From contig NMRA01000029.1 of the NCBI GenBank assembly GCA_002633005.1, positions 902,086-966,085 of the forward strand: a DNA stretch of 64,000 nt, given 5' to 3'. Below the pieces are notes generated by a model. The model was not told where the DNA came from, searched no databases, and saw nothing but the letters and a program-made list of their open reading frames with translations. A program made the translations under genes and the position numbers. The DNA is from Phoronis australis. Taxonomy: Eukaryota; Animalia; Phoronida. Positions 49,801 to 60,532 of the stretch are shown here, one piece after another; position 1 is the stretch's first letter; each line of letters opens with the position of its first letter.

Positions 49801-52073
49801 CCATGGAAGAACAGACATATTGTCGAGCTCGTTAAGCTCAAAATAGTTTTGCACCATAAGCAGGTAATGTCAGCTCAGTGACAATAGCCCCGTTCTGTTC
49901 CTGGTAGAGCTAAGAATATTGGATGCTTTAAACGCTTTAATCTCAGGAAAAGAATTAAAACAGCTTCGCCTGTTTTTTTTTTCCTGGAATCAATACATGG
50001 CACTGTGATATTTGTCTTTCAGATAAATGTCATGAGTATAGTATTCACATCACAAAACTATAGATGGCTAGGCAATAAAACTAAGGTTTAGTTTGGTGAG
50101 GATTCATGGTGACTGAATAGATAGACAAAAAGACAAATATTCTTTCAATGCAAGACATAGCTCTAAAATGAGCTCGTGCTAAGTACAAGACCCTTCCATA
50201 TTCCATAAACAGATATTGATGGAGTTTACATACATCATAAACCACATCAGGCCCAGCGTTACCTGGTTACAGTAATTCTCCACATATTTTGCACAAAAAA
50301 TATTTGCCAAAAATGACATTTTTACATTTTTCAAAGGCTGATTATTTTACTACAAATATTGGAAACTACCAAATGTTGTTTTCAGACATCTACATGGTAC
50401 AAACTGTGCAAGTAGACTAGTTCTATGTTTTGTGAAGAAAATAGACAAAACAGAATTTCGGATGTCGGCCATATTGTTTTGTAGAATTACCTCAACACTC
50501 ATGTTGATTGACATACTTAATTCACTGAAAAAACCAGGCTGTCGTGGGCGAATGTAAATAAAAACAATTCCATGTGTTTTGGTAACTTCTACAGTTCCAA
50601 TGAGCAGTGTTCATTGGCCAATCAGCTATCTTGGAGGCATCAAACAAAACCTGCAGTGAAGAACACAGACGCTTGCCATCCCAACAGCACCTTGACTTGC
50701 TGTAATCTTACTATCTAAGATCCAAGCCTATTTACAGTTGGCGAACCTTCCTCAACTCAACATATAACCCACACCACACCAGTCCAGCCACATTTATTAT
50801 ATAGCCTGCTGCATTGGCTTGAAGCTGTATCCACTATCTTTAAAAATAATTTAGATGTAGACCGTTTACCATATAAAACAAAAAGTGAATCACCACGGCA
50901 TTGTATCTGACACCAGTTGCTGCATCACACAGTTCCACCACCAACCATCAACTTTACTGAATATCTAAGTGACCGACCACACCCACCTCTTGTAAAGCCT
51001 CAATCTGTAACTGCCTCTGATCATTGTCCATCTCCAGTTGGTGAACCTTCCTCTGCTCTGTTACTAACTCCGCCCTCAACTTGTCACTCTCCATTCTGTC
51101 TTCCTCCATTACCTTCACAGGTAAACCTAAAATGAATGAACAAGAAAAATCTAAAGTCAATAATCTGCCAACTAACTGTGATGACAAATAAAATTTTGAA
51201 ACCCAATTCAACTTCGCAAAAAAGAATTTCACAGTGACCATAAGCCTCCATTGTATTCAAAGTCCGTTCCTCGTCAGTCATCCATCTTGCGTTAATTTTT
51301 GTATAACATCTTTTTTTGGGGGTCACACTATACATTGACCACCATAGGTGAAACTAAAATCTCTAAAGATTCAACTGTCTGTCTTGGCTAGGTGTAGACA
51401 ACAATGCCCTAGCATGTATTTGGCAGTGCAGAATATAGAACCAGGTGTAGCAATAGTCGGGGCATTCTTCTCACTAAAATACTACGTCGAGACTCATTTG
51501 TGAAACAACATTGTTCAGAAGAGATTCAAGATTGAAAACTCACTTTTTGTGACCTTTTCCGTGAAACTGGGGAAAGATTTAGGATTCATTCACGTTTACG
51601 TCTCCTGGGCTTATTTTCAGAAAATTTTTGTTATCTATGACAGTTGAGCAAATATTCGGAGGAAACGGGGAAGGGAGCTTGTTACAGGATTGATTCTCTT
51701 GCATTAGTCCGCTGAGTAAATATTTGGGGGAAGGGGCATGCCAGCAAACTACGCGGGTAACACACCACCCATCTTGTGTACTCTCTCAGATACTCACACG
51801 TGACGTGATCATCTCACCTTTGCTCTTCAACATTTCCAATAGTTTCTTGATGCTCTCATCTCTCGCTGCTAGTGTCTGTTTCTGTGTGTCTATCCTCAGG
51901 TTCATCTCGTCCACGGTCTTGCGTAGGATGATCAACTCCTTCGCCTGTCGTTCCTTTTCCCGTTTCATGGTCTCCACGTCCTGTACAGTGAAATGGCGAG
52001 AATTTGACCAGCCGCCGGTGGCGTGCGACGACTGAAGCTGTTCTTGCAGAGTCTGAATGGTCATGGTTTGTTT
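31229..52073 (-). CDS. ERC1: ELKS/ERC/CAST (Rab6-interacting active-zone coiled-coil protein), 3' 18 coding exons (866 aa in window); 5' exons lie beyond 64000
   Basis: Exons on -: 52073-51818, 51126-50987, 49274-49167, 48140-47985, 46964-46797, 45868-45701, 44329-44175, 43587-43464, 43045-42914, 42387-42286, 41576-41476, 40323-40188, 37151-37020, 36522-36377, 35480-35333, 34689-34591, 32446-32273, 31384-31229. All introns are GT-AG with compatible phases; 2601 nt in total. Hallmark ERC peptides: ERQAKELIILRKTVDEMNLRIDTQKQTLAARDESIKKLLEMLKSKG, KSQTEIDRLLDILKEVENEK, EKKKSAQILEEARKRE, LRAERKKHLDEVMEMKQEALLASITEKD, TQKRMKM. C-terminal FIP-type Rab-binding region. Probably the invertebrate co-orthologue of ERC1/ERC2. 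Confidence 0.95.
32759..32830 (+). mobile_element. tRNA-derived SINE head or tRNA pseudogene in an ELKS intron
   Basis: A box TAGCTCAGTGG (32767), B box GTTTGATTCCC (32812), anticodon-arm-like ctaga..cctag. The T-arm and acceptor stem are degenerate. Confidence 0.55.
33532..33576 (-). CDS. ERC1: Candidate alternative stop-containing cassette exon of ELKS (…SHDQ-QGM*), giving a short isoform
   Basis: Acceptor ttattgcaccttgttcag/cag (NAGNAG) and donor CAG|gtaaaa. It lies in the intron after the …DQ exon, where vertebrate ERC1/2 carry the neuronal …GIWA* exon. Confidence 0.6.
38848..38856 (-). CDS. ERC1: Candidate 9-nt microexon of ELKS (GCAATACAG = A-I-Q)
   Basis: cattaac (branch-like)...tgttctactcttcag|GCAATACAG|gtaaag. 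Phase 0/0, fitting between exons 40323-40188 and 37151-37020. Confidence 0.4.
40394..40775. mobile_element. MITE with ~100-bp TIRs
   Basis: gacctcaactcttaagtaaagtatc...gaaagatcgaggattctaaaaa vs tttttagaatcctcgatctttc...tacttagagtcgaggtc. Confidence 0.75.
40879..41264. mobile_element. Foldback-like element whose arms are inverted arrays of a 19-bp subrepeat
   Basis: (GTGTAGTTYATTTGGGRAY)n at 40879-41005 and its reverse complement (AAATRAACTACAC)n at ~41090-41264. Confidence 0.75.
41914..42150. mobile_element. ~240-bp MITE, CAGGGCTTGGAAT…ATTCCAAGCCCTG family (hAT-like ends), copy 1
   Basis: Aligns by eye with the copies at 45932-46183 and 47212-47460. Confidence 0.7.
43821..43874. repeat. (AAC)18 microsatellite
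   Basis: Perfect trinucleotide run. Confidence 0.95.
45932..46183. mobile_element. MITE of the CAGGG…CCCTG family, copy 2
   Basis: cagggattggaatg ... attccaagccctg; atcact occurs on both flanks. Confidence 0.75.
47212..47460. mobile_element. MITE of the CAGGG…CCCTG family, copy 3
   Basis: caggggttggaatgaccaatgac ... ccaagccctg. Confidence 0.75.
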
Positions 52074-53300
52074 CTGAAAGATACGAAATATAGTTCGCGT
52101 GATGGTCCATGACATCGAACTACATGCGAAAGACAATCCAGTGTTTGAACTTTGCGTGAGGTGGTACAGTGATGAAATAGTGACATATTCAAGTTCATTA
52201 GTTGTGATAATACATGGTGAAGTTTTTGTTTGACACGTGTTCAGCACCATCTATAATTCAGGGGTGAGCCATTGACCTGGACTTTTCCATGCTTTATAAA
52301 TATTAAGTACCACAAAAATTCTCCACTTATGGACAGTGAAAATTAAATAATTTGATCAAGGCTGCAGCTTGTCGTAAACTCTGGAAATATATGAAATATT
52401 AGTTGCCTCAAATTCAAGAATCACCAGAAAAGACATTGTGTGCCATTTGAGAAACTATGTCAAAATCGCCCTCATCCCAAATTCCTGAATCAAGAAATTT
52501 CAATTTTTGCAGTTTATGTGTCCCAAATAAGAGAATTTTCACCACACACAAAACTTATACTGGGATGCACCGAAACTACATATCACCAACTTCCCATTTA
52601 TTGTCACCTCAGTACCCTGTTCAGACAAGCAATTGACATCACTGACACAGACTAAACTGAAGACAATGTTGGATTGTATAGTAGCTGTTGCTACAGCAAC
52701 CAAATAACATACATTCAGGATGTTTTGTTATTTATACTTATCTACATGCAAATACAAGGTTTTCAAACTCCACTGACACTATTCCAATATTAAATTGACA
52801 GTGGAAATGCCAATTATCAAATAAATGGCCAAAACATTTCTTGAGACACGCTCCACATAATTTCATCCTCATTGATTATAAGACCAGGGTTGTCTTATCT
52901 ACAGCAATGCAGGTCATCTATTCCAACTGTTCTCAGACCCATTTCCAGCTGAGAACTCTCATGAGACTGCAGTTAATTCCAGAAAACTAGCTCAACACAC
53001 ACTGATTTTCCTTTATGATCAGCAAAATGAATGAGGATCCTTGTGAAACCCAACATGCAGCTGACGTAGGGAGATAATCCGAGTACAAGAAACGATCATA
53101 GATATCGGTCCCCAGATAGAAGAAACGATGTCGGCTGCATATTAAAGAATAAATTGCACAGATGTATCAAAAATGATAGAGCACACGCCTAAAGCATGTT
53201 TGTTTCATAAGAAGTGACTTGTCACAAAAACAGCATCTCCTCTCTAATCAGCAAAAAGTACGCATTAACTCTATGCTGCATGGAAAATACTGTTTTAACC

Positions 53301-53389
53301 CACAGGCATCCTCAGTTTCTGATCGTCCACAATACACTTGTGGTATTATATAGTGTATTGTGGATGATCAGAAGCTGAGGACGCCTATG
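53301..53389. mobile_element. 89-bp hairpin MITE with an 8-bp target-site duplication (hAT-like)
   Basis: ttttaacc|cacaggcatcctcagtttctgatcgtccacaatacact...agtgtattgtggatgatcagaagctgaggacgcctatg|ttttaacc. Confidence 0.75.
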
Positions 53390-53888
53390 TTTTAACCCAA
53401 AGATTCAAAGACAACTGATCACGCCAGGCACAACACCTGACAACAACTGAAATATAACAAGTGCAGCTTCCCTAACACAAAATGGTTCTTTGTAAATCTA
53501 TAAAATCAATGTATTCCCCTTTAAGACGGCCACAAGCCCACTTTCAGTCAAAAACTAAAATTTTATCAGGTTGTTCCAAGTTTGTAATTGTAGATAAATT
53601 AGATGTGATTTTTGAGTTTGCAAAAAACAGACAACAAGATGGCTTGTCGTAATGGGTTGAGAGAAGATTTTAAGCACAAATAACGAGCCTGTTTTTTTCA
53701 AGCCCAGACACCCCCATTTTATGGGAGTTGATACCAGTTTTATAGCTGCAAGTGTTCAGTATGAAGGTTATTTCTTTGGTGTAATGTGAATTTATAGCCA
53801 CCTTGATTTTGAGGAATGGATACTGCTATGAACGGACATGCAGTGCAGTCTCTCTTTGATAACAGAATAATTTTATTTCACATTTTAA

Positions 53889-53934
53889 TGTCTGAAATTA
53901 GTAAGATTTTAAAAAATCTTACTAATTTCAGACA
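53889..53934. repeat. Near-perfect 46-bp palindrome (22-bp arms, 2-nt loop)
   Basis: tgtctgaaattagtaagatttt aa aaaatcttactaatttcagaca. Confidence 0.9.
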
Positions 53935-54785
53935 AAAATAAGGACCAAAATTGAAATTTTTTATTATCAAAGGGTGTTAAAATTTTCTGAAATATTGACA
54001 GTTAAAGTAATGAACAGGAAAATGGTAACGCATTACTATGATGTTACTTGTCATCAGGGAAAAAAGTGGGAAAACAAAAATTCATATTGTTTTCAAAAAT
54101 TGATGAAATTTCACTTTCAGTACTTGGACAGAGTAGCAACAGAAAATTCAAACTTGACTTGAATTTAAAGATTCATGTGCGCATTCGAAAATCCATGTCC
54201 ATACTGTGGGAAGTTTGTGTGTTATGCCTTCAAATAAAAGCACTGAGTTGGTACCAAAAATCCAAAATGCCCTAAACTCAGTTAAGAAATGACTAATTTC
54301 CCTATACTTCAAACTTGTTGCATAGGTTTTAAAACTTGACACAAGTAAGTCAAACTCAAGTCATGACAAAAATTCAATCTCCAACCATTGACCAGTCCAA
54401 GCAGTTTGTGGAGAACATTGCCTGTTCACAATGTTTTCATCATAGTTGTCATAACACACTGATAATGGTATAAGGAGTGTTTGGACAACATTTTCCAACT
54501 CAGCAGTCTATCTGGAGCCAAAAGTAAAGTACCACATAGCCTAAACAAGACTCAATCAACCAGGACAGTGTGCACATACTATGGCGTGTTATGTATTGCA
54601 AAATTCAATGTTCAAAAATTACATGTGATGTTATTATATGTATTCGATACCTTATATTTATAATTGATATTATTCTTTGTATATTTGATGTTAACATTTT
54701 TGTATTCCATAATAAAATATATTTGTGTGTGGTTAACTACCCATATGTTCAATGTTTCCAAAGATATATTTGATGTTTCCTTTCA

Positions 54786-55226
54786 TATGTTCAATTATGG
54801 AATTTTGGGTATCATGAAACGACGGCTGTGATTGGTTCTTAAATTGATTAATATGGACGTTACTGAACCACAATCCCTGTTTCCTTATATTTTCGACAAC
54901 TTAGCTACTTTCCTCCATACTTATGAACACGCATTCAGTTCAGGTGATTGAGAAGTGGTGAATGATACGCGACCAATTAATGCCTATTTATACGCCCCTG
55001 AGTCCACTGACAGGCAGGTTTTGTGAGGAACTCAGTTCAGAACCTGACCAGACAACAAACTACCAGCTCCAGGCCCAGGGCCCGGGGGAGCACGACCGCG
55101 AGTCAACGAGTTCCCCTCCGGTTGAGGCCTTGTAAGTGGAGAGTTACCCACTGCCAAGGTATGAAACACTATAAACCAATCACAGCCGTGGTTTTAATTT
55201 ACCCTGAGTTCCGTAATCGAATATAA
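54786..55226. mobile_element. ~440-bp MITE with ~50-bp imperfect TIRs
   Basis: acggctgtgattggtt (54822-54837) is the exact inverse of aaccaatcacagccgt (55174-55189); similarity extends outward to tatgttcaattatggaa / ttccgtaatcgaatata. Confidence 0.6.
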
Positions 55227-55289
55227 CCGTAAACAACATCGAATGCAAAACGTGATAGAATTACTTCGTTAACAAAGTGGTTAAATTGT

Positions 55290-55328
55290 TAGCATTTTCA
55301 CTAGCTGACAAAGCTAGTGAAAATGCTA
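55290..55328. mobile_element. 17-bp-stem hairpin resembling a Helentron/HINE-type terminal palindrome
   Basis: tagcattttcactagct gacaa agctagtgaaaatgcta. Confidence 0.45.
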
Positions 55329-57020
55329 CTGTTTTAGAATCTTGTGTAAACCTAGTGTAATGCAAGATGGCTGCATGGTTAAAAAATGAGTCAAACATTC
55401 AGCATGCATTATGCAGATGTTACAAGAGGTTAGGAACAAGGGTGAAGATATTTAGTCCCCTCTCTCATTGAATGATTATCGTAACAAAAATCCCTCCTAG
55501 CACTCCAGCAACATTTTATCACAATGCGTAAGAAAATCCCCTGTACCCAGAATTGTAAATCTACCAGTGGAATAGATATGTTCAATGTGCCTCTGGAAAA
55601 GCATTGCACAATTTCATCTAACCACACAACTATTGGACATTGCATGCCAACATCCTTCAAAATGATCATTTGAATACGCTTCTAAACACATTACATTGAG
55701 AATGAGACTACAACGCTTTTTAAGAGCCATCACTGAAATTTACTGCAGCTTGCGATATATGATTTGCATGTTGAAGGGCAGACCGTGTATGTAAACCAAT
55801 TTCACAAACGGGGATAACCTCCGAGCAGTAATGAAGTTCCGTCAATACCGATCGAAAAAGCAATTCATGCAAATGGCAATCATGAAGGCATCAGGTTTGA
55901 CTGATCTTTTCAACTTAATCTACTAGTTTTGCAAACATGACTATCAAAAGAAGTTTACCCTTTAGTGGTCATTAACTTTGGATTATCGTGGTGATCAAAC
56001 GACTAACATGATGAAAATATCTAATAACACAATGCAGTAATCTTAATGAATTTTAGGTGTTTCTTAATCACATGATGACAAGGCCAATCACAGGGGTTTG
56101 TAGATTCGAAGACATTCCAGCTTCAAGTTAGGAACAGAGCTCATAGAAGCAAACCACGGATTTGGTTTTGTTAAAGCTGCGTTTCCCAGTTGGCAAAAAA
56201 ACTAACATCGGTGTCACAATACACCTCACCGCGACACGATTCTATTTTAGTTACCAGCAAGGACGGTGATTCAAGAATACGTTTCCAGCCTTGGACAACC
56301 CTGAACTAGCGAATTCGAAAATGTCACGTGTATACATTGCCTGTGACTTCAGTTGGCAACGGAGATGGAACTCCATCACAGGAAGGAATACTACCAGATG
56401 GTTTTGCGGTAATAAAAGACTTAATCCAATTTTCATTTTAGCCAGCTTAAACAAGACGAAGTACTGCTTTAATGAAAGCCCTGGGACATGCCACCAACTT
56501 GAGTGGGTATTTTTTGAGGGTAATTGACTTGGTCTCCTATGCAGGGGTTTTTGATAACTTGGCATCTATCGCCACAGGAACCCATTTCGCCATAGCGTAT
56601 GGTTCTGTTACACAAAAAATGAATTCAGACTTAAGTTAGAAATTTTGTTCTTAAGCGCAACACAAATATTTCCGAAAAATGCTTTAACAGTCACTTGCAC
56701 AAAAGTGCAAAGTCTCTAAGAATATTGACACAACAGCTAGTTACTAAAAAAATTTCTTTCAAATTATTTTTAGACTGAGATGCACTCATAATTACTTGGC
56801 TAAACCTTTATTCAGCAAGTGCGGGATCGTAGGACCAAACCTCTGTGTTAAGTCTTCAGGCACCTTCCACAAAATACACCCCAGGTATTGAGATGATGAG
56901 GAATTTGAATAAGTGTTGGCATACCATATTGTGAGAGTGCCAGGAAATTTAGAGGCTTTGGAATGGCCAACTGAACAGTGATTCACTTGTTTCAGCATAA
57001 CACACTGAGGAGACACATTA

Positions 57021-58687
57021 CAATATGGACCACAGTGGAAAATATAGTTGAACACAAGTCAATGTCTTAATCCGCAACCTTTCTCTGTGAAGAAATTAAT
57101 ATACAAAATGATTTCAAGATGTGCTATTGTGAATACTCAACCATTGAATGATGGACAACCGAGCTACCAGGACAGTAATGACATCATTTACATGCTTTCT
57201 ACAATAGCTGTGTGCAAAGAATGTCAAAAACAAGAGCGATGAAAATGTAAATGGTAATGCCATAGAATCTCACCAATTTCGGACAAAATGATGGCAAAAA
57301 AATTAATCTATTTTCAAATTTCAAGGGCTTCTAACATTGTTGAGAAAGCGGATAATTTTGCAAAACGTTGTTCGACAGTAGCAATGTTATAGAGTTTAAA
57401 ATTAAACAGGGCTGGTTAGGTGCTCCTCAGTGAAAAACTATAAAAATAAACTTCCACTTGTCTGCCATATTTTGATGAACATACATCTTGTTTACACATT
57501 GCTGGTGCACAGTAAATTTATGTAATGTCTTGTATAAAGAGCAAGATTCATGCACAATATCCTGCACCATGCCACGTTCATCACCCTCACAACATCAAAG
57601 AGCAATAAACTATNNNNNNNNNNNNNNNNNNNNNNNNNNNNNNNNNNNNNNNNNNNNNNNNNNNNNNNNNNNNNNNNNNNNNNNNNNNNNNNNNNNNNNN
57701 NNNNNNNNNNNNNNNNNNNNNNNNNNNNNNNNNNNNNNNNNNNNNNNNNNNNNNNNNNNNNNNNNNNNNNNNNNNNNNNNNNNNNNNNNNNNNNNNNNNN
57801 NNNNNNNNNNNNNNNNNNNNNNNNNNNNNNNNNNNNNNNNNNNNNNNNNNNNNNNNNNNNNNNNNNNNNNNNNNNNNNNNNNNNNNNNNNNNNNNNNNNN
57901 NNNNNNNNNNNNNNNNNNNNNNNNNNNNNNNNNNNNNNNNNNNNNNNNNNNNNNNNNNNNNNNNNNNNNNNNNNNNNNNNNNNNNNNNNNNNNNNNNNNN
58001 NNNNNNNNNNNNNNNNNNNNNNNNNNNNNNNNNNNNNNNNNNNNNNNNNNNNNNNNNNNNNNNNNNNNNNNNNNNNNNNNNNNNNNNNNNNNNNCAATAT
58101 GGACCACAGTGGAAAATATAGTTGAACACAAGTCAATGTCTTAATCCGCAACCTTTCTCTATGAAGAAATTAATATACAAAATGATTTCAAGATGTGCTA
58201 TTGTGAATACTCAACCATTGAATGATGGACAACCGAGCTACCAGGACAGTAATGACATCATTTACATGCTTTCTACAATAGCTGTGTGCAAAGAATGTCA
58301 AAAACAAGAGCGATGAAAATGTACATGGTAATGCCATAGAATCTCACCAATTTCGGACAAAATGATGGCAAAAAAATTAATCTATTTTCAAATTTCAAGG
58401 GCTTCTAACATTGTTGAGAAAGCGGATAATTTTGCAAAACGTTGTTCGACAGTAGCAATGTTATAGAGTTTAAAATTAAACAGGGCTGGTTAGGTGCTCC
58501 TCAGTGAAAAACTATAAAAATAAACTTCCACTTGTCTGCCATATTTTGATGAACATACATCTTGTTTACACATTGCTGGTGCACAGTAAATTTATGTAAT
58601 GTCTTGTATAAAGAGCAAGATTCATGCACAATATCCTGCACCATGCCACGTTCATCACCCTCACAACATCAAAGAGCAATAAACTAT
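57021..58687. other. Assembly gap (N 57614-58094) flanked by a 593-bp duplication; probable artefact
   Basis: 57021-57613 is repeated at 58095-58687 with only a couple of substitutions. Confidence 0.9.
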
Positions 58688-60430
58688 AGTTAGGCTTTGC
58701 TCATCTATCTGGACAGGGAAATAGATTTCTCGCGAGACAAATATATTAAAGGAGTCACAACATCTTTCCTATTTTATGTAATTGTGGTAAAAATCATGCA
58801 AAATCAAACAAGTATGAGAAAAAATTTTATATTATATTTCTCTATGAATTAGGCAAAACATGTCTTACATGACATCTAAATTCAAAATAAAACATGTAGA
58901 CGTTCAAACAAAACAGCTAGTTTATGTAACATGATGCACAAACTCAATTATAGGGATAGTTGAGTATGCACATATTGATGTGCGTGAATCCTGTCCATTC
59001 TCAGCAATGTCCAACAAGCGATATGACAAAGCAACATGCGACATACAACCGACTTCAGAGTAGTGAGAGGATGTCTAAAGCGATTACCACTTGAACAGCC
59101 TGACCCAATTTTGCATTCCGGTGAGCCAGATGATCTGAGCTGAGCTGGCAAAGACGAAATGCATTTTCTTTCATTCACGAACATTTCACGTTAGACTTTT
59201 TGTGTGAACCATTTGAATACCCTACAGAACAGCGTCGATTTGACCGCATGGTGATTGCAAAGAACTAACAAAAAAGTGAAATCACACTGGCTTCAATCCC
59301 CATTCAAATCACAGGAGTGAACTGTAGGTGGCGCTGAATGTTGTCCACCATGTGATCCATCAACATCTTCAGAGATTATTTTAGAAAAACATGTCCACTG
59401 AACCATAAATATATGAACCTATACAAGACATATGAGTATGTAAGTATTTCCTGCCCTGCTTTGGTTCTAATTTGGGGGGGCATTTTAGTATGTGTGCCCT
59501 CATCAGCTACCTCCGAATGTTACGCTGCAGTAATTGATTGGTCTGAACAGCTAACTGCAAACCAAACTTACATGAAATTCCACAAATGGGACCTCAATAT
59601 TTTCATGCAAAACATGTTTGACCCCAACCCTAAATATGCTACATATCCTTGTTTTGATCAATAAAGTTAGTTTTGATTTCACGCTCAGCACTGCCCTTGT
59701 AGAATTCGAATACAACACCCGAATCTTCACTTATTTAGTGCACAATATGGCTGACAAATGAAATTCTGTTTTGACAAATTCTTTGACAAAAACAAAAAAT
59801 AAGAAAATTACTAGAATGGTTTATAAGTTTGCGTTGATGTCATATCGTTTCCATTAGTTGCTGCAAAGTTCAGCTACTGAAAAATAGAAAAAAAGGAATT
59901 TTGACATTACTTTTGGGCGAAACTAGTGGAAACTTACTGTCATCAAAACAAAATAAGGCATGACTCACATTCTGAATTTCTATGTGCCCCTTGGCTAGAT
60001 TTAAGCAATCACAAAGCCTCAACGAAACTTTCTATGCGCTAATGACACAGGGCTCAGTCCTAAAATTATCCATGCATCTTGTGATAAAGCAGAGTCATTA
60101 TGCTGCACTCTATATATTGGAAAAGCACTATTAGAACAACCTATTAACTTAATCTCAGATGAAGCCTTTGGAAAGGATGATAAAATTGCTATATTCATAA
60201 TTGTTGCTAGAACTGCAACAGACCAATGGTGACCAGTACAATTGGTTCTGATCCAGGGTGGTCGTTGCCTTGATTTTGGGAACAAATTTTGGTCCCATTC
60301 CCGTATAAAAACTGTTTACATGTAAAATTCCCCTTATCAGGTTCAAAAAATAGATCAAAAGATTCCCCTCAAGGAAAGAATCACTTCCGTAAAACGTTAG
60401 TTCGCTATGTGAAGCACTGTGGTGGCAACG

Positions 60431-60532
60431 GGGTGAGAGGGCCATCCGGGTGAGAGGGCCATCCGGGTGAGAGGGCCATCCGGGTGAGAGGGCCATCCGG
60501 GTGAGAGGGCCATCCAGGTGAGAGGGCCATCC
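60431..60532 (+). repeat. 17-bp GC-rich minisatellite (GGGTGAGAGGGCCATCC) x6
   Basis: Six head-to-tail units; the last starts AGG. Confidence 0.95.

Noticed and set aside
51792-51817. Alternative donor (gtgagt at 51797) extending the first ELKS exon in the window
   Set aside because: It would end in phase 0, whereas the next exon needs phase 1.
57488-58151. Long ORFs in the ORF track
   Set aside because: Artefacts of translating through the N gap.
59088-59146. 57-nt frame-preserving exon candidate (LSSDHLAHRNAKLGQAVQV) in the large ELKS intron
   Set aside because: Weak donor (gtaatc) and no resemblance to ERC proteins.
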